From: Hyphochytrium catenoides
Taxonomy: Eukaryota > Protista > Hyphochytriomycota
DNA: 64,000 nt
Reading direction: 5' to 3'
Assembly: GCA_900088475.1 (NCBI GenBank)
Contig: FLMG01001584.1
Location: 1 to 64,000 of the forward strand
The stretch's first letter is position 1, and every line of letters begins with the position of its first letter. Both the position numbers and the translations under genes were made by a program. Positions 23,562 to 36,300 of the stretch are shown here, piece after piece. Below the pieces are notes generated by a model that did not search any database, was not told the DNA's origin, and was given only the letters and a program-made list of their open reading frames with translations.

Positions 23562-26500
23562 TCACCTATGCGTTTCCTTGTAAGCCTCATAGGAAGTAGT
23601 AATGGCCGAGAAGAGAGCCTGAGAAAGCTGCAGCTCCTCCACCTCGGCACCCGACAACTTATCAGGGTGTAGATTTCTGACAGCTTTCATGAACGCACGC
23701 CGAATGTCTGAGGGAGAAGGAGACGCAGGAAGTTCTAGTGGCTCCATAGCGCGGGGATAAACCTAAGGAAAGAGAATATAACCGCGTTAGAAAAGGATGT
23801 GGAGTACTAGGTACTTGAAAAGCATCGTATGAGAAAGGCACAGGCGTCACAGTCTTTGCTCCCAGAACAACCCATAATCCCTAACAAACCCGATGCCGTA
23901 GCAAGGGACAGATACAAAGGATGCCGTAGCAAGGGACAGATACAAAGGAACGGAAGAGGTGACCGACAAGAAATCACCGTGGGGAGAAGAGGAGAAGCGG
24001 CAATACTGAAACATAGTCAGCAGACCTGATGTAGCGTGAGCAACATCTGCTGCAAGTCTTTGCCTTTGACCCATTGGTAAACAAATTTGTTCGCTGCTGC
24101 GGCCGCTGCCTCTGCTCTATTAGCTGCTTCCTTGGATCTCTGCTCCTCCGCCTCTCTTTGCTTAAGGCGATCCTACGCCAACATGCAACTTACTGAACAA
24201 GGAGCGTAGATACTCCCTTGTGGATGCAGCGATTCATATGACAAGAGTTTGGGGCTGAGGTTCAGAATTTCAACGGCAAGCGGAGGTAGAAACCATTGAT
24301 AGTTGAAATTACGAGGAAGAGAGAGTGAGAACTATAGAACAGTTACCTGCTGCCTTTTCTGAGTCTCTCTCTGCTGGGCCAGGATCCTCTCTTCAATCTT
24401 CTCCAATATGGCCTCTGCAGGCTTCTCCCATCGGGTGACGCGAGTGAGCTTATGGTAGTAATACTTCTCTCCATTCTCAGTAGTGACCTAGTAATGGACG
24501 CAGATACCACGTTCGTAGGCATTATATGGTAAGCTTATGAGATAAGCGCTAATTAGAGACGACATAGAGGCCCACAAGAGGATAAGTAATAGCAATTTGG
24601 AGCAAAAGGACTCACCGATGGCAGATCTACTTTTGTGAAGCAGAATAGTGCCCAACAGTTAGCAAAATAGCATACAAGAACAAGAGCAAGGTAGTGGATC
24701 CTTCAGACGAACGGGAGACGACGAACAACATACAAAGCGGCGTACAAGAAGCCTGAATGGCGTAGCCTACAGGGAGGCGCCCTACCTCTATCCACCCTCC
24801 TCTGATCTCTGGCCCTCCTTGTCCCCCGTCAGGGGCCCTAACAGGCGAAAGCTTTGTGTCCCCCTTCTCATCTCCCTCCTGTCCGCCACGTAATGGCTCT
24901 GCGTCTCCCATCGAACGTCCATCCCTGTTCGAAGTTGCCTTCGGCTCACCTGGCCAAGAGGTCTGGCCAGACGAAGGGGGAATTGAAGACTCGGAAGCAG
25001 AGTATGCAGGAGCAGAGGAATGACTAGACACTGTCTCTTCCTCATTGCCTTGTGTTGGGGGAGAGGCCATGTTCACGTTCGCTCTAGAACGGACAAACTC
25101 AAAACGGCTTCCTTTGCCCTTCTGCCGACCTAGAGCTTGCTTTCTCTGGAGTACTTCCTTCTTCCCAAGCCGATCTAGTTCCGCGTACTCCTGCTCAGCA
25201 ATCGTTAGGAAGCAATCTCAGCGGACAAAGGAATCGAGATAGACGAGAAATTTTATATATCGAGATAAGGCGGAAATAAAGAAGAATAGAAGAGGTAATA
25301 AAGTGGTCCAATATTAGAAAGGAAGAGCAAGAGGGAAGAATAGACATATACGCTAATAGGAGCCCTCAGCAACATCAGTCTTACCTCCAGCATCTTGAGA
25401 TATTCAAGGTCGATGGAAGGAGCAGCACCTTTTCCCTTGTCTCTGGCCTCTTTCTCGAGCCTTTCTACCTCCCGCTGTCGCTGAGCCTCATTGTAGGCAT
25501 TCATTTGTTCAAAACGATTTCTGGCGGGTGCCACTGTCGTCTCCCTTCCCTTGTGTTTCGTTCCCTTATCATCCTTCTCCGCTCCTACAGGCACCTTTCC
25601 GATAAGCCCACCACCCGAATCTCCGCCTGTGTCCAGCACAGGGGATGACTTAGTTCTCCTGCCTATGCCGGGGCTAGTGCTTGAGTAGAGCTTGGCTTCA
25701 AGCTCCTTGCCGTGCCGGCTGGCGTTAAGCTTGATAGTGTCTTCCTCTTCTCTTGGCAACGCCTTCCTTTCTTGGACACCGACATCCCCAACACCAGGTA
25801 TAGTAGGCGCCGCACCAAACAGGAAGTCGAAGTCACCTTCTAATCCTCTTCTGTCCCTGAAAAGCATAGAGTCAGATGGAGAGCCTTCCGGCTGTACTTC
25901 AATTTCATCTGGCTTTGCTTTTCCCTCAAGCGCCAGGCCCTTGCGAGAAGCTGGCCTCTTCTTCTTCTGTTTTTCTTTCTCATCCTCGGCAGAGGGCTTC
26001 TCGGAGGATGAAGCAGAGACACGATTAGGTCCTGGAGAGTGAGACCGTGACTCTTTAACGGTTCGAGGAGGATCAGGAGGGGGCGTGGGAGTGAGACCTA
26101 AAGTTTTCCTCTCCCCTTCAGTCTTTCTGCTTACTTCTTTGATGGAAGCAAGTGTATCCTTCGGTACTCTGCCGCTGTCAGGACCAAATAGGGATGGCAC
26201 GGGATCTTCACTATCACTATGTATCTTGTCTCCTTCGTCTGGATTTTCTTCGTCATCAGTTGATTGGAAGAACTCTGAGGTCCGCCTTGGGGTCCCTTCA
26301 CGAGGGCGAAGACTCCTTCCTGGGGATCGGACCGAGGCAGCCTGGAAACTTCTACTCTTCTCCCTTCCTTTAAAGGATGATGCTAAGCTGGAGCCAGACG
26401 ATACATTTGCTTCTTCTGTTTCTCTTGACTTTCTCCTTTTTCTGGCAAATGAGAAGATCTTCTTCCACTTGCTCTGGTCAGGGACTTGTCGTTCGTGAGG

Positions 26501-29500
26501 AATAGTTGGGCGAGAGAGATTGGAATGAACCAAGTCTCCTCCGTCGCTCTCCTTTCCCGTCCATACTTCCCTTTCAATCCCAGGGGAAGCCGGCTGGAGG
26601 GATTCAGCATCTTCACCATCACTGAACGAATACCAAGATGAAGAGCGCCTCAGTCGACAGACAGAGATGATTGCTACGATAAGTTAAAGACGGAGTATTG
26701 GCCGCAACAGGATTTTGATGACTCTGCAACAGGAAATCAACTACTTACCTAAGCGGTGGCAAGTGGTAGTGGGAAGTAGAAAAGAAAGTCCTACTTTCTT
26801 CTACCGTTCTCTCTTCAAGCTGTTGGTTAAGCTCCTCCCACACCCTTCGGCGGCGCCTACTCAGCGTCACCTGGGCCTTAGCCAGGACTAATGCGGTAGA
26901 CTGTTAATAGGTAAGAGAAGAGGGAAAGTGAGGGTAATAATAATATAAGAACGATCAAGGGCGGTATACACGAGGCGCAACGCGACCCTAATGGAACTAT
27001 TGCGAATGAAGAGATGACCGCTTGGACTACTAAGACAAGGATTGCTAGCTTGCACTGATATTCGAGTTATTACGCACTGATTTGCCCGTAACGCCAGGTA
27101 TTGCGATGGGTCTTTCTTTCTGTCTCAACATCCGGGCCTCAAAGCACCAACATCGTTCCGTGATAACTCCACGGTACCTTAAGCTGCCGATGTCGGAGAG
27201 AGGATGTTATCTCCCAGTCCTTGAGTAGCTTCTCCAACCCACTGGTTCTCAAGCTAGCGTCAGTCTTCGTTATACGCCCGCTGGCAGGGAGTGCAGATGG
27301 CACCACCTAGACAGCCGTAGTCATCAAACCAAAGTAAAAGACAGTGTCAACAGCAAGCAGTGCGAGGACGGCTCATAGGGTACGAAGTGGAACATGATGT
27401 GGGTATATGAAATATAGAAAGTCTTGGCACGTACATGGTGGACTTGGAAGAGGAGAGTGTCTGCGACAATAGCTTCCAGCGACTAGGCAGTCCAAGGCGT
27501 AACGGTATACGAGAGAGACGCCGGGCCCCCACAAAGGTGGAGGCAGGCACGGAATAGGATAAAGAAGAAAGGGACAGACCAGATGGTTAGTGACAAAATG
27601 GAGGCAGAGGAGCCATGGCCCATCCGGGACACAACACCCCAAAGCAACAATAAAGAAATGGTCCACAAATAACATGGCGAGGATTGTTTAATTTAGAGAG
27701 AATCCTTTGCTGGAGGGAGCTCCTCGCCTATAGCTTCCTCTTTCTCTTACCTTGGATGAATGCTCAAGTAGAGAGCTTTGTTTGATGGCGCTGCCCGCAA
27801 AGAGGGAGGAGATGGCAGCAGAGGATGAGAGGTTCTTTTTCCTCTCGTAGCGGGAATATAGCTTAAGCTGCTGCTGGAAACGGACAAACTCCGAAGATTG
27901 GTCCCGAAGGGCTTTGGCCTGCGAGTAGGTGATCGACGCCAGATAATCAGGGCACAGGACACTCGCTTCAACAAGAATTGGAGACCCTTTATAATACAGA
28001 ATCCATGTTTCTTCACCCGCTCGCCTTACTATCGTGAATCGTGGCTTTGCCAAAGTTTGGATCATTTACCAGCAGGCTTGTCTTCTTAGCAGTGCCAAGT
28101 AGAGTCTTCTCAATCAGTGGTAACTCCTCCTTGACGAGCAGCCGTAGAGCGTCTTCCCCTCTCTTGATGGCGAGAGTTGCTCTTGCATGCGTCAGGGTGA
28201 AAGGAAGTTGCTCTTCACTCTCTCTGAGATTATTGAACGAGTGAGAGGATGAAAGCACTGCTCTGCCTTCTTCGGCCTCCGGTGATGATAAGGGTAGAAG
28301 CCATGGGCTATTACTCTGCGTGTCACCTTGTAGGCTTGGATTTACCTACCGTTGTAGCAGTATACGCATGCGTTTTGAGAGAAAACCAAAGTTACGGTAG
28401 ACGATGCTGTTTCCAAGCCCTCTTCTCCCTCATTTATAATAACCTCACTGATCGGGCAGAGCTCCTACACTCTTATTTGTGTTTGTACTATGGTCCCCTG
28501 TGTCTTTCACCCTTATGACCATCATCACCATCACCCTTCTTTCCCATTGCGTTGTATTCTACAGGTTGCAACTTGCCTGCTTTATGACAAATTCGTTGTA
28601 GGGCATGGTCAGAAAAGCTTTAAGATCCTTGGAAGCAATGAAGTTACTGTGCGAGCAGAGAAACTGAAGCCACATCTGCAAGATGCCGCAGCGACTTGGA
28701 GGAGAGGGGGAATGAAGAGAATCCCCTCCTGCTGAGGAAGAGGGTGTCCCTCCTCCACCTCCTCCTCCCTTCTTGACGGAGCGAGAGCCTTCCTATCAAA
28801 AAGAGGAATTGAAAGTACAGGAGTCAATAACGATTACGTAATGCTACTCAGTCTATGACGCGGTCCTTGGATGTGCGGAGGTGCGCAAGACTTACATGTT
28901 TCGGAAGCGTAGGGACACAAGCCTGAGGAAAGGTTGCTACCAGTCTGGCATACAACCATCTGTCGAGGAAGAGGCAAGTTTACCGGTGAAAAGGCAGGAT
29001 TACGAGTCAAGGCAAGATAACGGGTGAAAAGCTAATGAGGATAAGTCAGCGATACCACGCTCCTTACATTCAACTAACCTACCCAAACTGCTATCAAGAC
29101 AGGAGGTAAAGGGAGTAGATTTCCTACCTGAAGTCATTGTAACGTCTTTCCACCACAGCAAGTGGGTCACGAGCCAGCGTGCCCGCCGCTTTCTCGAACG
29201 TTGAGATAGAAAATAGAGGAGCAGAGGTAGACGAAGATGAAGAGAGAGGGAGAGAACCCGATGACTTCGAAGATGAATGCAGAACCTCAGTAACCTGAAT
29301 ATGGCAGTAAAGTTCCCACATAAAGACACTGCGTTGCCTGGAAGCGGCAGAGGAGGCAGAATTCGTCTCCTCGGCGCCTAGTAAAGGTTTATCGGCCGAA
29401 AGATAAGAAGGAAGACTTCAGTGGGCGGTAGTGAAGCTTCAAAAGCCTAGACGCGTAATTTTCCTTGCAGTGACTCATCGCCCCTCTTCTGCCTGTGACT

Positions 29501-30845
29501 TAACGTACGACGTTTCCCTGGGTCCTGTCTCCGCCGACGACCTATTAAATATTCTCTCGCTACTTTCCATACGTATTTCCTTCCTTGTCTTCCTTCAGCT
29601 AACCCCTATACATACCTTTCAAGAGATCGGAGTCTGGTGTTAACGAGGAGGTTTCGCCATCTGCGCCCAAATCGTACGAGCTGGAGGCCTCTTTTCCCTC
29701 AACCGAGCGGTTGTCAAGCAATTGGTCCTTTGTGAAGTTCTCGTCTCTACAGAGCTCTTCTTCTATTTCCTCTTCTTTGCTTGCTTTTTCTCTCAAAGAT
29801 TCCACTTCTTCCTCCGGCTGCAGCCTATCTATACTCCTTGTACTCAGTGAGAGCTCTGGCACCGGATGGGCGGGGCTAGCAGTCGCTTCAGCATCATCAA
29901 AGGGTTTGCTTAGCCCTAGAACTCAGTAGATGGTAAGTCGACTCAAGCCACATTTGGTACTTTAACTAGAAGTGTGAAAGATAAGTTACGTCCATCAAAG
30001 CCGGAATGGTGATGCCATAAGGGACGAGAGTTAGGAGGTTGCAAGCACCGGCACTGTCCTGACGAGCGGGGTATGATCTACTACCCAGAACCTCTGCTTT
30101 GCAAAGGGGACAAGGAAAGCTTGATGCAGAAGACGAGGGATCCCGAGTCTCCTTTACTGACAGTGAGTCAGCATATTTCCTCAGTGCAACCTTTAGCTTT
30201 GACACCACTTCCTCCACTGTGAAGCTGCGCTGTCCTACCCGGCGAAATAGCACAAGGGCCACGGAGGGTCTTAGCGAAAGGTCGGTAATGACTCAAGAGA
30301 GAGAGGATACATCTCCACGAAGCGAAGGGGGCGGTATTTTCACCTACAGAGACCTCTTGGGAAACAAGTAGCAGAACTCCTACCGTCTGAGTTTTTGCTG
30401 AACTCCTTCCTTAAAGCGCCATATATCCGATCCATTAAGAGACGTATTTGAGGCATGGAGAACTGCAATCCGGAAACAGACTGCTGTGGTGGGTTGGAGA
30501 CATGATTGGGAAGCGCGCCGACTATATCGTTTTTCTGGCTCATGGCTAGAAGCTTGTCCGTAAGCATTGCAATCTCCTTTTGGTACTCTGATTTGGCTTC
30601 AAGCCGCCCCAGCTGCCGGCCCTCTTCATATGCAACCTGTCGAGCCTGGATGTTCTCCAGTCTGAGCATTGAAAAAGGAGAAGAAAGGCTGTCTTAGATG
30701 TCTGGACATCAAGCCCATCAGCTTTGTTCAACAGATTGTATACAGAGTCGTTCTCTAACTCGGCGTTATATTAAGACGAAGGGATAGCCAAGGGACAATG
30801 GTCTTGCCCTATCTGGTACCTCATCTGTTCCAAAAGCGCTTCCAT
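23562..30845 (-). CDS. Multi-domain endosomal-type protein: coiled coil - PX - BAR-like - disordered linker - WW - auxilin-type J domain (single-gene model)
   Basis: Spliced PX: VVERRYNDFR|WLYARLVATFPQACVPTLPKH|..RCGILQMWLQFLCSHSNFIASKDLKAFL. BAR-like end: RHRQLK|STALVLAKAQVTLSRRRRRVWEELNQQLE. Intron 26748-26622 joins in frame to the 426-aa ORF, which has no ATG at its 5' end. WW: GWIE|VTTENGEKYYYHKLTRVTRWEKP. J: QWVKGKDLQQMLLTLHQ|VY..IRRAFMKAVRNLHPDKL. The 5' start (MEALLEQMR, 30845) is uncertain. Confidence 0.7.
23892..23947. repeat. Perfect 28-bp intronic tandem duplication
   Basis: gatgccgtagcaagggacagatacaaag x2. Confidence 0.95.
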
Positions 30846-31501
30846 GACTGCAACACAAGCGATGCACTAGGACCTGCCTTCCCGGCTTCTAGAGGTTGCG
30901 TGGCACCAAAGCGTTCAGATCCTGATTATGATGCATCCTGAAAGCAGCGCAGGCATTTCTTGTCCAAGTCCTCCGTCCTGAACCAAATATTGCTCCTTTG
31001 CATAGAGATATCCTTAGTGCTGCCGCCGCGGCATCGGTCTCGTCATGACTCTGTTATCAGTTCTACCGCAGCATCCATGGCAAACAGTCCTCATCACTCT
31101 CCCTATTACTTTGCCTCTCTGCCTGCCCGCCGCGCAGTCTTCACCTCTTTCCTGACAGCATCTGAAGAAGAAGGATCTCAACAGCTCAAGATCCGAAGTT
31201 TCTTCTCTTCATGCTCTAACTTTCGAGGACGTGCGTATTGTACAAGTACTTTACGATGTACTCCGTATTATTGTTGTACGTTGTACAACTGTACAACTGT
31301 GGGTACGACCAAGGCGTACAAAAGTAAAGCTAACCGAAACTAGAATTTCACGAGTTTAGCATCGATAGTTCATACACTGGATTTGTAGGTCTTGATGGTG
31401 ATGAATGAGTCCTCGAGGTCTATCGTTGTAACAAGTGCTACAGTTGTAGAAGCTAATGATAAATAATACTCAGTAATGAACAGCGAAGAGCAATAATAAA
31501 T

Positions 31502-31565
31502 TCACCTGCCAGCTTCTTTATCATAAAGGTAGTTTTTCACTGTTATTTTTATAGCTGGCAGGTGA
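31502..31565. repeat. 13-bp perfect inverted repeat around an AT-rich 38-bp spacer
   Basis: tcacctgccagct (31502-31514) ... agctggcaggtga (31553-31565). Confidence 0.9.
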
Positions 31566-32055
31566 CTCACAGCGCTCTCTTTGCTCATCACGCCTCTGTT
31601 CTGCCTCGCGCCACCCACCAACACCCTGAGAGTTGAGCAGCCAGCATATTATCCAAACCCGACGAAAGCATCATCATGATAAGGTTCCTTGTTCGGCCCT
31701 CTTCTTGTCCCAAACCCAGCTCTCTTCTAGATGGTAGTACTTGCAAACGTTAACGCTTCCATACCAAGGAATCCTCTGGGGAGGACTCAGAAGGCTACAT
31801 GAACTTGGCTGGAGTCTGGATTCTTCTCGTGGCGTTGTCTCCTTTCTTGATGGATTGTCTGCAACCATTGCTTGCACGTGAAGCAACATACGGCTGGTTT
31901 CCAAATAGGATGCCCAAGGCCTTGCTGAAGCCAACAAAAGTAGCATCGTAACCAGCAGTTGCAGTGGTTGTCCCTTTCCTCTCTTTTTCCATCGGCGCAA
32001 TAGACGGGTTTGTCCATGGTCTGCTGATTTGGAAATCCAGTTCCATCATGCTTGC

Positions 32056-32764
32056 TCATCTAGACGTTGCTGTCGAGCGATGCGCATCCGTTCGCTGGTA
32101 GAGTGATGTTGGGTCAGCCATTGAGACAGGAGAAGGAAAATGCACCTCGAATTTTGATGATGTCTCGGTTGTCGCAACAAGTGGTTCTCTTTCTTCCTTC
32201 TTCTCCATATCATAAGCTCTAAGCTCGGCTAGGTGCCTGGCTTCTTGATCGGCAACGAGCTTTTTGATCTCTTTTGTCAAGGACTTTCTCTCTTCTCGTT
32301 CTCCTGTCTTCTTCTTGCTAAACTTCAGCCTAGATCGGGTGAATGCGTTGCGACTCAGTGAGTACGCTCATTGAGGGGCTGACGTGTAGGCGATCAACAC
32401 CAGGTATTTCATGAGAAGACAACGAAAGTAATCTATCTCATACAGTAGAGAAAAGAAGGTTAACCTTTGCTTCCTAAGCTCTTCTATCTCTCGCCGTAAG
32501 CCTTTCTTTTCCAGCTTGTGGCGCTGGAGGATTGCACCCCGGCTTTTGGGCTGAAGCTTCACTGTTAATCACCATTGATCACGAACGTCAGAGGCAGAGA
32601 CAACGAGCACTAGAATAGAGAACAATAAGAAGAAGCTGAGAAAGATACATGCCTTGATTAGCCTCGTCTTGGCCATCAACCATCATCTCGTCCTGCCCCC
32701 CTCCCTTCTTAGCGTATGGGATCGCCCGTTTGCCATGCTTCTTGGTCTTCTTCACTTTGCTCAT
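32056..32764 (-). CDS. Small basic coiled-coil protein resembling the N-terminal region of OTUD6/Otu2; no OTU catalytic domain seen
   Basis: MSKVKKTKKHGKRAIPYAKKGGG..NQ|VKLQPKSRGAILQRHKLEKKGLRREIEELRKQR|LKFSKKKTGEREERKVLTKEIKKLVADQEARHLAELRAYD; 3' end uncertain. Confidence 0.6.
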
Positions 32765-33391
32765 CTTTCGTTATCAAGCGTGACTTCCTTAAGGAAAGCA
32801 CCTTGATCAGTCTTGAGCCAGTTGGGCCTGAAGCAGCCCTAATGGTCGGGGCTGCAGTCAAAGGAACCAGTACTCGTAGCCGGAAATGTCGCGATGGGCA
32901 ACCTCTAATGCTATGGTAGTGAGTAGGGCTCAAGGGCCCATACCCTGCTCTCCTCGATGAGAATCAGCATAAAGGAAGTGTTTCTACATCTTCTCCTCTT
33001 CAGGTGGATGGAGTACATTGCATGATGCAATCCTGTAGACCTCCCCCAGGATAAACCAAAAACCTGACAAGAGACAATAAGAATTTATTTAGAATGGAGG
33101 ACGTTTGATTGGGAACGAGGGCGGCGATAATTGCGATAAAGGGAGGCTTTGCGTCTTCCTCTTCCTCTAACAGACAGATCTTCAGAAAGGTAGGCGGAAG
33201 CTGCATTGCAGATTGACCTTTATCAATGTCGGAGAGTGATCATGGAAGCTATGGACTCTGATGGGAGGCCATAGTGAGTCTGATCGGAGGTCTGAGTGGT
33301 CATTGGCTAACTACTAAGACGGAGAAGTACATTGACGAGTAATACCGCTGACCAGACGCTGAAGCCGGTACCCCAGAGTAGTTCAGGAGCT

Positions 33392-36300
33392 ATGGATATG
33401 CTGACAATGTACACGAGTGATACGGAGAACTATGGGGACAGCGACCATGACACGAGGAGCCCAGCAAAGGTTGCACCTCCTGTGAAGCTTCTCCAACCCA
33501 AAGTCAACCCAACACCGTATGTGGCAGCTCCCATTGAGGTTAGTATGAAGGAACCTTTATCTTGACCCAGCTTATTGTTACATCTATCGTCCAGCACATT
33601 CCGCAGTCCATGATGGTCCAGTACGGGCAAAAGGAAATGGCTGTCAATCTCCCTCTGGAGCTTCTCACTGGTCCTAAGCAGGTTTGTAGAAGTCTGGCCG
33701 CCATGTCTAGTGCGAGAAGATTGCTATGGCTCAGTGTATGAGATTAACTATGACACTCTCGTTGCTATTTCTGGCTAGGGTCCCATTCATCCACATAAGA
33801 AGGAGGTGATTATGCACGATGGCAAGATCGTACGCACGGGTATCGTAGAGGTAAGTAGCCATTTCACCTGAAGAATGAGCGTTCGGATCGCGTCTTCCCT
33901 TATAATTCCTTCCATATAAGTTCACCACTTGTCACACTCGCCCTTCTCCTGTCCTATTTATTCAGACATTAGACAGTATCCTTACACTGTCAGTGCTGGA
34001 CTTACTTCCTTCATCTGCCTTGAGGTCACTTTGTAGTGTGCATTCTTTGACCTTCTAGACATGTATACCTCAATAACTTCAATCCGTTATTCAGAGTACA
34101 AGTGTAGAGTCGTACGCTTTCGATGAGCAATTCAACTCCTATCAGAACTTCGGGGTTGCAAGGCTTCAAGGCGGAGAAGTACTTGCAGACATGAGCCGCT
34201 ATGGCAAGGCCCATCTCGGTTAGTAAGATCTCTCTCCCTTGTCGTCTCTACGTAGGTTATTCTAGAAAATATAAACTAAAAAGGCGTTGAAACCAAAGTG
34301 ATGGTGCCTTCATGGTTAGGATCTTGAATTACTCGGCCTTTCTTCTTGACATTTTTATGCTTTCTCATGTACAGATAAAAAGGCGCGGAAGGAAGATAAA
34401 AAGAGAAAGCTAGCGGCAGGCGATCCGGGGGATATTGGAAAGTAAGTTGCATGGCTAATTACATATGCTGCCAGCTCTGTTGCCGCTACGCCTGCCATCT
34501 AGTGGCACAAAATTGCACACTACGCTTCAAGCTTTCTGCTCGCACCGGAAGTGTCTGTTCTTATTCTTTCAACCCCCATGACGACCAGTAGTGTCAGGAA
34601 AGCTACTTTTTGTTTGGACTAAGTTGACTAAGTCCTGTAAGAAGCCCTACTCATAGTCTCTACTTTGAGCAGCTACCGAGGTCCCTGGGCGCCCTACCTG
34701 GACGAAAACCGGCAGTCAGATTATGAGCGCGGTACAATGACGGAGGAGCAGCAGCAGATTCGAGAAGAGTTGGTAACAAAGCTATGGCCTCTCGTCGACG
34801 TTTTGCTGTTCTTGACACTACTGCAACTGTGTGCCCCTGACGGCTGGTAGTCTGCCGGCAACGTCCTATGCTATTCTATCCTCCTGGTCAGCCTGTATGG
34901 GCCTTCGTTCGCGTGTACAGTTATCATACTTGTCCGAGCCCAGTCCGCTAATTCCTGTCTTGATATTCTTCGTTATCCGATAGCTTGCTCAGAAAAAAGC
35001 TCGATCTGCTGCTGATGAGGAGATTATTGACTTCGAGCGCATGATTGAAAGGAAGAAAGCATTCAATCTCCCTCCAAAGCTAGAACCTGGAAAGGAAGCA
35101 GGGGAAGGCAGTTCAGTCTTCCATGGAGAGGCCGAGCATGATTATCAGGTAAGGAAAATGCCACCTACCCTAGGTTGGCAGCTTCCTCCTCGGCCTATTC
35201 AATTACCACCTTTTCCCTCATCATCCCCAATATTATCCTTCATTGTGTCAACTCTTTTACTTCAAGAGTCCTGTAGCTCTCCATCTGCAGTACGCTATAG
35301 ATCAATTTTGCCGGACTCCTCCATTCATAACATCTCTACTGCTCAGAGCGCTGACATAGCCTGATTTTCCATGCAGGGTCGCCCTTGGACTGCACCACCA
35401 TCTGACCTCCGTCCAGATCCAGATCACAACTGTTACATTCCTAAGCGCTGTATACACAAGTGGAGTGGACACACAAAGGGTGTACAGGTATGTCAACCCG
35501 CTAGAACTTGTCCGAATTGCTACCCCTCTCAATTAGTGAACCTTGTCATGATTAGGCTATCGAGTTTATACCGAAATACGGCCACCTCTTATTATCGGGC
35601 TCTATGGACTCCAAGGTGAAAATATGGGATGTTTACAACGACAGAAGGTGCATGAGGACCTATAGTGGCCACGAGCAAGCAGTCAGGGCTATTAATTTTA
35701 GGTACGTACAGAAGGGCAAAAGATATTCCCTAGCTAAGTTGGAGTTGAGAGACGTTTACCGAGCCGCAGTACGCGCTATAAAGCAGAACATGAGGCTGGC
35801 TCGGACTTAAGGTCCACCCCATGGGCATCGTTTCTCTTTGTCGTGTCTAGCAAATTAGTGAACCACGCCACGATCTCCGCTAGCCTCCGTATAGCAACGC
35901 CGGGTCTCATCTAAGTCTCTGTACACAGTCCTGATGGCACGAAGTTCCTTAGTGCGGGCTTCGACCGGTTCATTCGTCTCTGGGACACCGAAACAGGACA
36001 ATGTATCAAGAGCTTTACCAACAGGAGAGTGCCTTATTGCGTGAAATTCTACCCGAAGGATGACAATTTATTTGTCATTGGAGACTCAAATCATATGATA
36101 GTGCAGGTACGAGCTGACTTGGGTACGGTCCACCGAGGACTTCTTCCCCCCACCCCACCCCACCCCCCACCCCCGAGTACCTCTGTTGCTTAGTTTAGCG
36201 TCGCTGCCAGAATCACAACGTTGCTGCAGCCGTGTTGTTCTGCTGCGATTTGTCCTGCTGCCATTCCGCTGCCTTTCAGTCTAGGGAAATGATGCAAGCC

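Noticed and set aside
25253-26533. 426-aa ORF as an independent gene
   Set aside because: Starts at TTG with no upstream in-frame ATG, and is bounded by splice sites that join it to PX-BAR exons upstream and WW/J exons downstream
36146-36174. C-run tract (potential G-quadruplex on the minus strand) in a CDC40 intron
   Set aside because: Simple low-complexity tract with no evidence of function
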